Shown here one piece after another: positions 9,201-21,916 of a stretch of 64,000 bases of DNA. The stretch spans positions 1-64,000 of the forward strand of contig MCFE01000191.1 of NCBI GenBank assembly GCA_002104905.1, given 5' to 3'. The position numbers and the translations under genes are program-made. Every line of letters begins with the position of its first letter. Position 1 is the first letter of the stretch. This stretch comes from Basidiobolus meristosporus CBS 931.73 (taxonomy: Eukaryota; Fungi; Basidiobolomycota). Under the pieces are notes generated by a model, which was not told the origin of the DNA, searched no databases, and was given only the letters and a program-made list of their open reading frames with translations.

Positions 9201-10106
9201 CTAACAAGCCCCTAGATCAGTCCATACTCCTTGCTTGCCCGGAGTTTCATTCTGGGTCCACCATTTGGCCTGCCAGAGGTGACCATTGTAAGTCACCTTT
9301 TGAGATCCATTGTAGCTAGTACCAGCATTCCATGCCGTGATTCCAGCACATTTACCACTTCCTGGGTCATTAGATTCGGTTGGCTTGGTAGAAGTCGTGC
9401 CAGATGGTTTAGAGGTAGAGGTAGATGTAGCAGTAGTGGTAGGCGCTGTTGTGGAAGTAGGATCTGGGGTTGAGCCATCGTCCGAAGAGCCAACAGTAAT
9501 TATGGGTCTTTTATCAAGTAAATCACGGCCATCGCCTTGGCCAAGGTTCATCTCGGGAATAGTGGGGTATCCAGGAAGATTGGCAACCATTAGTTTGGGA
9601 CCAGTAATTGTCCCCCCAGGCACTCCACCCTTGATAGTGATATCAATACAGTTCATATAATACTCCCGGTTGCCCACCGCATTCACCCAGGTCCATGCCA
9701 AGGTCGCCCTCTTGCTGGGAGGAGCAGTTGCAGGGATCGGGACATCAAAGGAGAGACCTTTCATGAAGCAATCACGAACAACAGTCTTCAAGACCACAAA
9801 CGTTTTGTCATTGTCGTATGAAAGGGCAAATTGGCAATGGCCGCCACTATGGGTATTTCCGTTGTCAAATTGAACCTGAACAGTATCACCAGCGTTGTAA
9901 GAGTATTCAACATATCCCGCCTTATAGCCTTTACAAGGGAAGATCCCCAACGGTCCGTTCATATCATAGTCAATATCGCCAATTGACCGATAATATTTAC
10001 TGAAAGTGGATTTGCGTGGAGCAGGGGATTTGATCTCCATGTGTCCAGACACGGAGCCAAGCAGGCAAAGAGATACAGTGGCTAAAAGGTAGAATTGACC
10101 GCGCAT
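9201..10106 (-). CDS. Second tandem AA11-type LPMO with linker and CBM5/12
   Basis: GSVSG then HMEIKSP; THSGGHCQFAL; NREYYMNC; AWNAGTSYNGSQKVTYNGHLWQAKWWTQ. Clear paralog of 7501-8364. Intronless. Confidence 0.9.
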   Translation of the reverse strand: MRGQFYLLATVSLCLLGSVSGHMEIKSPAPRKSTFSKYYRSIGDIDYDMNGPLGIFPCKGYKAGYVEYSYNAGDTVQVQFDNGNTHSGGHCQFALSYDNDKTFVVLKTVVRDCFMKGLSFDVPIPATAPPSKRATLAWTWVNAVGNREYYMNCIDITIKGGVPGGTITGPKLMVANLPGYPTIPEMNLGQGDGRDLLDKRPIITVGSSDDGSTPDPTSTTAPTTTATSTSTSKPSGTTSTKPTESNDPGSGKCAGITAWNAGTSYNGSQKVTYNGHLWQAKWWTQNETPGKQGVWTDLGAC

Positions 10107-11086
10107 TTCTGAGTTGATGTTGTTGTAGAACCGGCCACTTCACCCCTTTATATCTTATGAAAGCGGATTGGTACTACTTCACTGCTGCTCCGGAAACACT
10201 ATGCCCAGCAACTTTCACTCTTCCAGCGTTTCTTATGTTACTCCGACAACGGGATCCCGTTTTAAGACCGGCAAATGAGCGAAGGAATTAACCAAGAAAT
10301 CTGCCTAATAAAGATAAACTGGCAATTATAACTCGCAAGATTCAACCATAACTCAATGCGCACGAAAGAGATGTACGTAATATAAACATATATGTGTGCT
10401 TTTTCTTGTTACCAATCCTGAATGCTCGTCAAGTACTATTATTAAACGATGCATAAACTCTATCCGAAATAAAGCTTGATTCCCTGGGACCTTACACGAA
10501 GTAGCTCTATTAAGATAAATTGATGGGAGCGGTCGCAATAGCTGGGAACGCTCAGCCACCAGTCTTGTTCAACAAACCGGAATAGACCTGAAATTGAAGC
10601 TGAGCCGCGTGCTAGGATGTGCTAGACCTTAACCCTCCTTTACTCATACGAAACTCCCTATAAAACTGACCTGGTAACTCGACCATTTGAAGTTAGAGCA
10701 AATGCACCCAGGGCCTATAGTACGGTCTATTATAAACCGCCAATAGGTCACCACCATGTTAATTGGTCATTTGAAACATCAAGGCCACGCGGGCAATGAT
10801 CTTCGCTCACCTGTACGTATGCTGTATTAAGAAGAGGGATTTTCCAATAAAAGTCATGAGAATTGCCAAATTTATGTGAATCGGGGCCTGACAAAACAAG
10901 GCCATTTGGGTGGTGAATAAGAATTATCCGTATTTTTAAGGTTCGAGCCAAATTGCCATAAGCGAACCATAAAAACCAAGCATTTCTAAAGAATTGCCAT
11001 AAATGAAACAAGAAAGAAGCATTTATTGTTCGCAAAAACTGAGAGGTATATATATACACTAGTATAATTCAGGATACATTGCTTAA

Positions 11087-12609
11087 CTAACCACCAATTC
11101 GAATCATAGGTCTATTTTTTGTGTTGGAGAGCTCAAACATATCAGCATGCTCCTTCTTCTTGTTCTTCACTGCCAAGCTGATAATGGACAGCAACTCTTC
11201 ATCGGAAGCATTCCGGCGCATCATATCACGCAGGCTGACCTCCTCATTGTCAAAGAGACAAACCTAGGTTCGGGTTTAAATTATTTTCGGTTCTAAATCA
11301 TATATATATCTATCGGTGTAATACCTTTATGTTCCCGTCGGCTGTAAGGCGCAGTCTGTTGCAAGTGGCACAAAAATGATCAGTCATCGACGAGATGAAC
11401 CCGAATTGCCCGCGGAACCCTGGAATTCTAAATCCTTTGGAGGTGGGATTGGGATCGTCTTCCACTTTGACGACGCTTTTGAATTCCGCCTCGATCGAAT
11501 CCAGCAGCTCTTTGTAGGGAACCAGCTTGTTGTCCTTCCACTTGTTACCTAGAAATCGGCTCAATTTAGCAACCATTTTGCTCCGGGTCTTGTACAGTGC
11601 CGTGCAACTAACCGTCAAATGGCATGTATTCGATGAAACGAACATCGATCGGACTGTTCTCGGTCATTCTTATAAAATCAAGCACCTCTTGGTCGTTGAC
11701 TCCACGCATGACCACGTTGTTTACTTTGACTGGGTGGACGCCTAGGTCAATCGCTTGCTGGATGCTCTCCAACACTCTTTCGTGCCCTCTTCGGCGAGTC
11801 ATGATCTCGAACTTGAACTTATCCAAGGTATCCAGACTGAAATTCAATGCGTTTAACCCGTGCTTCACCATGTCAGGTAGCTTTCGCTTGATGGCGATTC
11901 CGTTGGTGGTCATTGCTATGGTGCGAAGGCCCTTTTCTCTTAATTTTCCAAGCTCCTCTAAAGAAACAATCAGTATTGGTGGACTCGGCAGTGAAAGCAC
12001 CTTCATGTAAGACACGTACCAACTAGTTCAACTATGTCCTTCCTAACCGTGGGCTCGCCACCAGTTAGCCGGATTTTCGTCACGCCCTGTTCTACAAACA
12101 GCCTAGCCAGGCGTAAGATTTCTTCTGTAGATAACATTTTTTCAGTAGGCTGCAAGTCAATTCCTTCTGCAGGCATACAGTACAAGCCTTTACGAGAGGA
12201 AAAAAGGTTCAGTACATTTCTCCACTGGGAGGTTAGAAGTTCTAACAACAGTTGGCACTTACAGCGCAGGTTACATTTCTCTGTGACGGAAATACGTAGG
12301 TAGTCATGATTACGTTCATAATTATCCCTCAACACTGGTGAATATGGTCTCTCGGCATCGATAGCAGCAATCTTAGACTGAAGCATAATGCAAATACGGT
12401 TAGCGTCGTGGCCCCTTATCAGCAAGGCAATCGGTGAACACAAAAATAAGCACCTGGACTCTTAAGCGGATGGCATCTGAACCGGTCAAAACGACAGCAC
12501 TTTGGACCTTATTTCTAAGTTGGGACGACGTGTGTAGGCGGCTTCGTTGAGAGAGTAGCGTGGGAGAGCCGGATTTGTGGAATATGTTAGAGCGGAGAAA
12601 AACCCTCAT
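11087..12609 (-). CDS. moaA: GTP 3',8-cyclase (MoaA/MOCS1A, radical SAM; molybdenum cofactor biosynthesis), spliced, with a putative mitochondrial presequence
   Basis: [14 protein letters not shown] then YCMP across an intron; KIRLTGGEP; MTTNG; FIEYMP; [14 protein letters not shown]; C-terminus PMIRIGG* with stop at 11087-11089. Confidence 0.93.
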
Positions 12610-13419
12610 TCTGACCCTTGAAGGTAGAGTATGTATTATATATAGGTCAATGAACCGCTAAGAAAATAGCAGCGATTAAGTGTTTACAGAGAAGATAAAA
12701 ACTGGACAGGTTTGGGCAGGAACTGTGTAGGATATACAGTATACGTATGCTAAAGCCAGCAAGTTGACTTTATCTACTTTGGAGAAAATGGCTGAAGATC
12801 AGGATCACCATCAAAAAGTGGCAACCGAGTGGATATTTATTCAACAAAGTGATATCGTTTGAACCAGAGAAGGATGATTTTTTTACCGGTCCTGCGAGAT
12901 GAGCCTCATTATTACAGTAATGATAAAAGATAGACAACCCTGGGATTCCGAGTGGTATTTGTCAGAGTGCGATCATTTCGCATGATTCCCACCATAATCA
13001 TTGGAGCCACACGCCAGGAGATTGAACACCAAGTGCAAACACAAACACCACACGGCTTGAGATTATCGGCGGAAATGAAATTGCCATGAATACAAGGATT
13101 CGGAGGAAAACAGAGGTACATATAAGGAGCAGATTAACTATTTGGAAAATGATTACAATTCCATGGCGCCCATATATGGTTGGATAAGAGGTGAGGTCCC
13201 TATTATGGAAGCATTGTGCCAAACTGGGCGTGGGACCAGAGCTTCGTAAGATCTAGTCATGGCCATTCATCAGGGCTGTGGTGCTTTGGTTCCAGACAAG
13301 CGTTTCACACATACTTCTCTCCGGGCATTTTCCAATTGACCACAATTGGTGTTCGGTTAGTTATATTTGGTCATCCCTTTAATGTAAATTTTGGAAAACA
13401 ATGGGCTGTGACTGCTGGG

Positions 13420-14754
13420 CTAAGATGTGCGGCTCAAATATTTCTGAAGCTCCTCGTCCATTTCGAACACTCTCATATGCTCAGCAAGTAAGCCGACGCA
13501 CATCTCCACACCGTCGCCGTCGTATCGGGGCAATGAAATGGCAAGCCCATCGAATTTACCAGCCGGCAATCTGGCTCTTACTGGCGTGCCATATCCGAAG
13601 TCCACTTCGTAAATGGGAAACTGATGCCAGCTCGTGAATGCGAAGTCCTTCCCGAGGAAGGAAGAGAAGCCGGGTTGAATGTTGGTCTTGATTTCTTTGG
13701 AATCGACCCAGCTCAGCGCATCCCGAATCCTTTCCGAGGTCATTTGGTTGACACTTGCTCGAATGCTTAATCCAGCGGTTCGCAAAGGCTGGGAGATCAG
13801 CTGATTTGCCGTCATCTGGGAGCATGGGTAGAAATTGGCATTTCCAAAATATCCCAACGGCAGCGGTGGACATAATCGGCGACGCCCATCGCAAGCAAAC
13901 CCGCACTTTAACTTCATCTCCCCGGAGAGCCCTCTGGCCCTAGTCACTGCTCTCCAGACAAGAGCTATCAGGGCATCATTGGTCGATACTTGCACATCGC
14001 CAGGGTCTCCTTGGGCAGCTTCCTTCAGCTCAGCTAGTTTCTCCTTTCGTATATGAAATAGCTTCACTTCCATAGGTGGTAGGGTCGGCGGAGTCTTTTT
14101 CTCTTTCGTTTCTTCCGCAGCAGTGGTCGTGGCGGGTGCTGGTTCAACATAGAGGTATTCTGGGTGCTCTTGCAACGGCTCTCCTGTAGTATTCAGCAAT
14201 TCCCGATCGTGAGACACCGGTTCGCAGGCTAACCCACGACACATCTTGGACCAATTAAGCAAGAGAGAGAAAAATGCATTGCCATCTCCAACACTATGGT
14301 GTAAGGCAGTTCCGAGAATCACTGACCCACAGGGCAGTCTGGTGATCTGGACGGCGAAGATGTATGGTTGGCTGGGGAGTAAGAAGATCCCGCAAGGGAA
14401 ATATTCGTCGGATAAGTTTTGAAAGTCTTGATCGAAAAACCAGCCCGCCTCTTGATCGGTCTTCGCCTCCACGAAGAGTATTCCTTGGTTGTTCAGTAGG
14501 ATCTCAAGGTTCCCATCCGCCAGGTTGTTCAAGGTCCCAGTGAGAATGGGGTAATGCTTCAACAACGCTACCAGACCTAATTTCAGGCTTTCGGTGGGCA
14601 TAAAGTCCGTCGCTTGGCCAGAATTCTCAAAGAATAGTGCGATTCTGGTGAAGCATCGAGGCATAACCACATCATTGTTGGACAGGCGGATTGCTTTGGA
14701 AGGGGGTGAGGGTTCGGCTTGAAGTACGGTGCGGCTCTCGATTGACAGGGTCAT
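13420..14754 (-). CDS. BAHD/transferase-family CoA-dependent acyltransferase, intronless
   Basis: HHSVGDG (HxxxD), VDFGYG (DFGWG-like), YFGNA, STNDALIALVW. Confidence 0.88.
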   Translation of the reverse strand: MTLSIESRTVLQAEPSPPSKAIRLSNNDVVMPRCFTRIALFFENSGQATDFMPTESLKLGLVALLKHYPILTGTLNNLADGNLEILLNNQGILFVEAKTDQEAGWFFDQDFQNLSDEYFPCGIFLLPSQPYIFAVQITRLPCGSVILGTALHHSVGDGNAFFSLLLNWSKMCRGLACEPVSHDRELLNTTGEPLQEHPEYLYVEPAPATTTAAEETKEKKTPPTLPPMEVKLFHIRKEKLAELKEAAQGDPGDVQVSTNDALIALVWRAVTRARGLSGEMKLKCGFACDGRRRLCPPLPLGYFGNANFYPCSQMTANQLISQPLRTAGLSIRASVNQMTSERIRDALSWVDSKEIKTNIQPGFSSFLGKDFAFTSWHQFPIYEVDFGYGTPVRARLPAGKFDGLAISLPRYDGDGVEMCVGLLAEHMRVFEMDEELQKYLSRTS

Positions 14755-14773
14755 GGTGCAACTGGATAGTCAT

Positions 14774-14831
14774 TTGATTCGTAATCATTTATTCATTTCA
14801 TATTGATTCGTAACCATTTATTCATTTCATA
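14774..14831. repeat. 29-bp tandem duplication just upstream of the BAHD start codon
   Basis: ttgattcgtaatcatttattcatttcata (14774) and ttgattcgtaaccatttattcatttcata (14803), 1 mismatch. Confidence 0.85.
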
Positions 14832-14986
14832 CTGATATATTACTAGACAATTACACATGAATCTAGACAGATGAATTCCTTAACGCCGGTAGTGTGTAGA
14901 TTTAAATACGAGGAAAAGGAGCGGGATAAAGTAAGAAAAGTATTAACTAGAAAAGGGGCGATGAAAAAGTAGAGTATGGCATGCGT

Positions 14987-16869
<1,883 letters not shown>

Positions 16870-17898
16870 CTTTCGTTCACTCAATCAAAGCTATTCAATA
16901 AAGCGTGTTGGCCTGAGTTTCTGATTGTTCTTCCTGAGGTGGGTGGGGTAGAAATGGTCGGTGAATACAAGTACAAGATGTTGCGGTGGGAGCGATGATG
17001 CTGTATGCGTATGACTTGAGCGAGAGAAAGAATATTGCTGTGGGTAAAGTATGATCTAAGGTATCAATTTCGCTTTAACGTCTATTTTGACAACTAGGAG
17101 TCTTCACAATGGGACATGATGACAGTTACAGAAAGGTTGAGTTAGTGGAAAATTTTGTAGAGTTGGGGACTAACAAGTGTATCTAGTTTACCAGCAAGAG
17201 GATAGACAGCAACGGAGGCGAGGAGATATTATACCAAGAGGATATGGAGTACTGAGGGCCTTGGTAGAATTCAAGAGAGTGGCAAAGCAAAAGGCTTAGT
17301 AAACAAACATTAAACTACAATTTCAGCTGAGAAGCCTCACCCAACAGCAAGGGAGTTTGTACGAATTCGTAAACTACTTGGCACACGATGAATTAATTTG
17401 GGCATATCTCAACTGGATTATATTGAATACTAAAATCTCGATGATTTCGGAAAAAACCACCACATTGTGCCCGCATTGACTAGGATTGCCCACCACACAT
17501 CAATGGGCCAATCGCAGACGTGCTGAAATACCAAATCCCGAAACTTGGTTGAGTCGAGGGCACTACAAACATAGATAATCAGGTTGCAGCAGGATGGTTG
17601 TGAGTGGTATTTATAGATAGCATCAAGGGAGCATCAAGAGAGCATAATGGAATCCACTGTTCAACAATGTCATTGATTATTGAGCGCGGAGAAAAGGAAG
17701 ATTATATCTTGGGATGGGCTAGAAATTCCATGGTGTTCTCAGAAGTTACCGGCAATTGTAACCACAACACGACATAATGGTACAACATCCTTTAACGGAT
17801 ATCGGGGATTACTTCCAAATCCATAAAATGGGCCATGCCAACGTTGATCATCCCGCGTTAACCTAGCCCTCCCAACGCTTCCCTTTAATCCCCCTAAG

Positions 17899-19939
17899 AT
17901 GAATACTTCCAAGTTAAAATTAACCTTGCTAGCTAGCCTAATATGTAGTCTGATCCACGTAAACCCCACACTACAAGCTCGACAGCTCGATCCATGTGCC
18001 ACTCTAGCACGTAGCATAGAGGATTTCCTAACCCACGACACAGTTTTAGCATGCTATAAGAACATCCCATTTGTGAACAGTGTAAGAGAGCAGACAGTGG
18101 CGAATCTAGCGAAGGCCCTTCAATTCTACGTCTTTAAGGATGTTGCCAAGGAGGGTGCACAGGGGGTGGATCTGAAGAAGGAATTAGAGGATATAGCCAT
18201 GGCAGAGTTCCTGAATGATTTCCAGTTCCAACAGAGAGTTCAGAAAATCTTCACACCATTGAACGACGGTCATGTGTGGTATCAGCCAAAGTGCTATCGT
18301 AGCATGAACTTTATCCAGGCCTTTCCGTTAACCTCGTATGTGGATTCTGCTGGTGACCAGCGGGTCTACATACTAGATCAGCCTGTATTCCGACAGGGCC
18401 TATACAACAAAGTCAGGGAGGTCACGGGGGTCAACGTTCAGAATTTTCTGGGAATGGAGGTGACGGAGATCGATGGAGTACCTGTTCTAGAGGCGTTGCA
18501 GCGATTTGCCGATGAGGAGCTGGGAAAAACAAAAGATCCCCAGCAGCGATTTGAAATGCTACTTGCCAATCACGCCTTGACCTCGTACGGACAGTGGAGA
18601 AGTTTCTTTGGATACTGGGCCTCACCAGGCATAGTCCCAGATAAGTCCAATGTCACCTACACACTCCAGTCTCCTCGCCATGGCTCCCTCAAAGTAACCA
18701 TCCCCTGGATTGCCATCCCACAAATTTCGCTAAAGAGTTTCTGGAGCACATTTGGGTACAAAAGGCTGTATTGCGATCCGGATCCTACCAGCCCATACGG
18801 GATGGAGTTTTTGAACCCCTCCACCTTGGGCCTCCTACCGGAACCAGGGCCTGGTCAATCCGATACGGAGAGCCTGTCGACTACCTACAGTAGCTATCCG
18901 ACTTTGTTAAACAATCCGCTAGTCAATACCAACCCATTGAAGTTCTACCAGCTTGATGGGAACACCGGGGTCTTGGTATTGCCAACATTTTCGCTTGGGG
19001 ACCAGTTCACCTACGATAGCTTTGATTCCGCCATGGACCAGGGGCTTGAAAAATTTAGACGACTTGGAATACGAAAGCTAATCCTGGTAAGTGTGATACG
19101 GCGAGCCGTTGGACAAATGATGGGTTCTAACCGTTATCTAGGACTTCACAAATAATCCTGGTGGATCGATCTGCCTTGGCTACAAGCTGCTGAACCATCT
19201 ATTCCCTCAGATCCCTCGCCAGCAACTTTATTATCACTCAGACTTGGTCCGCTCCCCACTGTCGATGGAGCTCGCGAAACGCAATTCCCTCTGGCAATGT
19301 TCTAATTACTACAATCCTGACGAAAACAGCCTGCACAAAGGGCTCTCTTGTATGTTCCCTGGCACCACGTATATCAGAGGCGGCGAGCAAGCCAACTTCA
19401 CCCAGAAATTGCAATACAATTGTGATTTCCAAGTTAACCGAAGGATCAACCGCAAGCCATGGTTTCAGACAAAAGATGTGGCGATCGTAACCAACGGAAG
19501 ATGTGCGTCAACATGCTCCTCAGTCTCCAAGTAGGTCATTTCTGGTGATTCGGACGGTCATCGCCTAACCACCAATCTCCTCGTTTCCAGCTTCCTACAA
19601 CGGGTCATGAAAGTTCGCACGTTTGTGACTTCACCGTTCCCCAAAGGCACCAATCCGCCCATCAGCACAGCACCAGGCGGGATGGTATTTTCCTACGACA
19701 ATCTGTTATGGCAGATCACTGAAGCCGGACTCAGCAGCAGAGAGGATGCGCCTAAGAATTTTCCACAGAAAGCGGATTTTTATTTCACCGTCATGGAGAA
19801 CTATGGCTGGAATACCAGCTTACCCGACGAGTACGCTCAAAGGCCCGCCACGGACAGGATAGTTTTGGACGAAAGCAATTTCTTTAGTCCAGTCGAGGTA
19901 TGGACGGAGATTTCGCAAAAGCTGAACTACAGCAAATAA
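17899..19939 (+). CDS. Secreted S41-family (tail-specific/CPAF-like) serine peptidase, 2 introns
   Basis: Signal peptide; LNDGHVWY; VTEIDGVP; GVLVLPTF; spliced ILDFTNNPGGSICLG; VAIVTNGRCASTCS. Confidence 0.75.
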
Positions 19940-20130
19940 TGAGCAACTGTGCTGTGGGTAAGCAAATAACAAGTAACCGCGCTGTGTGAAAGAATACCAT
20001 TATTTAGTTAACCGCTTCGCTATCTGTATATACGAAACCATGTAAATAAACCAATCATCGTTCATTGATATGCTGGCTATTCAGTATTGTTTAGTGTGAT
20101 CATTGCTGTTGAACAGAAGAGACATATACA

Positions 20131-21554
20131 TCAGGTTGAGCTGCCGTCCAGATACTGGACCGCTGTAGCGGCTCGGGATAGAACAGCAAGCATCCAATTG
20201 GGAAGGGGCATTACATTATGGTACTGCTTATACGCCTCGGTGAAATGATTAGTATCAAACCGTAGAGTTGCCTCCACCAAACTCTGTGCATGCTCGTTAG
20301 AAAAGAGGACGAGAACGTGAAGCGTACGTACAACTTACATTGATCAGCCGGTACTCATCAGAGTCGAGAAAGCTTGGATATGTGAGGCCATACTCTTTGT
20401 AGGCTATGCTAACTCGCGTCCATTCTTCCAGGGCTACCATACATATACATGCCTGGAACAAGAAGCCTCGGACTTTATACGTTAGCATTGGATCATCTAC
20501 CGACAACTTGCACAGCTCTTCGAACCACGGGATTGCTTCGTCGTAATGACCTATCTGCGCCGCTAGCTCAGCCTGGTGAATTAATGAATACTTGAAGAAG
20601 CTAACAAATTCAATTTGCTCTTAGTACGCTTCATGCTGTCAATGCAGTACATGATCTGCCCATTACCCACTGTTTGCCGTTCGAAACAACTCGGTAGCTT
20701 TCTTGTAGGCATCCAAATGCCATTACAAGCTCGGTCTTCTTCTGCTTTCCGGCGTTTGCTTTTTCGTAATACTCCCCGATTTTTTCATAAAGCTTCCCGG
20801 TACGATTAGGATCTTTTTTGGTAGAATCGAACACAGTGGCTGCATCTTTCAAGGCCTGTAACGCCTTGTCTGTTTAGGGAGGGTGAGTGTCTATCCTGTG
20901 AAAAATCCATACTGCGAATCAACCAACCTGAATATTTGGTGTGTTTGTAAGCGTTGTATGCTTCTTCGAAACAAATGGCTGCCTCCCGGGTGCTAAGATC
21001 ATCCCCTATTTTCATGAAAGCTTCGCCAGCTTCCTGAAACCGGGACCCCGCCTCTTTGTCTGGAAAGCAGGAGACTGAGTCAGAAACGTCTGCGCACAAT
21101 TGAGTTTAAGTGAATGAGTACATTTCTTCTTCGATAGGGCATCTTTGGCCTTGTCTCTAGCGTCACTTCCAAGCCTACTATAATCCAAACCGTCATTTCG
21201 CGAGGAGCCTGCCACAGGTGCGGGTGTGACTTTGACTTCACTGGCCTCAGATATCAAGCTCCATCTGTTTAGGTAGCCAAGATAGATCGCGCTGCCATCT
21301 TTTAGCTTCACCACACTGAAAAGTTGGTAATTTTTCCAAGTGAAATCTAAGCTAGAACGCTGCCCCCGCGCCTTAGCTTTGGCTTGGGCAGCAAAATTCT
21401 TTATCCAGATGGCACCGTATGAGGCCTTGCCGCCCTCCTCCTGGAGCTGGGAGTATCTTTGTGTAATAAATGTGCGGAATGAGTCAGGGCTAGGCTTAGT
21501 TACGTAGAATAGGTAAAATACGAGTACAAGCAGAAGGGAGATAAGTAGGAGCAT
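20131..21554 (-). CDS. N-terminal transmembrane anchor plus small domain fused to an alpha-SNAP (Sec17)-like TPR domain; one apparent +1 frameshift near 20715
   Basis: Intron 21060-21121 joins LSKKKY to KEAGSRFQEAGEAFM; later AELAAQIGHYDEAIPWFEE, LTYKVRGFLFQACIC, YPSFLDSDEYRLIN then SLVEA, LPNWMLAVL; stop at 20131-20133. Confidence 0.78.
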
Positions 21555-21916
21555 ATCAAGGACAAAATCAACTATGCGGAGTGAAGGCGGAAGGTAGTGA
21601 AGCGTCGCGAGGATTAATGGTTGCTAGAAAAAGGAGACTGGGAAATTCAGGAAGGAGTGTCATCCTGGGCATTGATTGTGCATCTACGCAGCGTTGATGC
21701 AGCACATTATACTACAGAAGATCGTTCTGATCCGTAACAACCATCAATGAGACGTCATCCAAATTTGATTACTGCTCTCTGGAATAATCAATCGTCACAA
21801 AAATGCATCGATAGAACCATCCTCATAATTCCCCCGTTCCCAGCCCCCAATTCACAATAATTATTAACTCAAACGCTACTCACCTATCCATACCTCTTGT
21901 CTCTTGAAACGTACAT

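Noticed and set aside
9163-9207. 17-bp direct repeat overlapping the LPMO2 stop
   Set aside because: A short local duplication with no terminal repeats or element inside.
10300-11086. MoaC/MOCS1B in a bicistronic or fused arrangement after MoaA
   Set aside because: No MoaC-like coding sequence is found downstream; the region is AT-rich and non-coding.
12780-13400. Short hydrophobic ORFs between MoaA and BAHD
   Set aside because: No ATG-led coherent gene model or recognisable motif in any frame.
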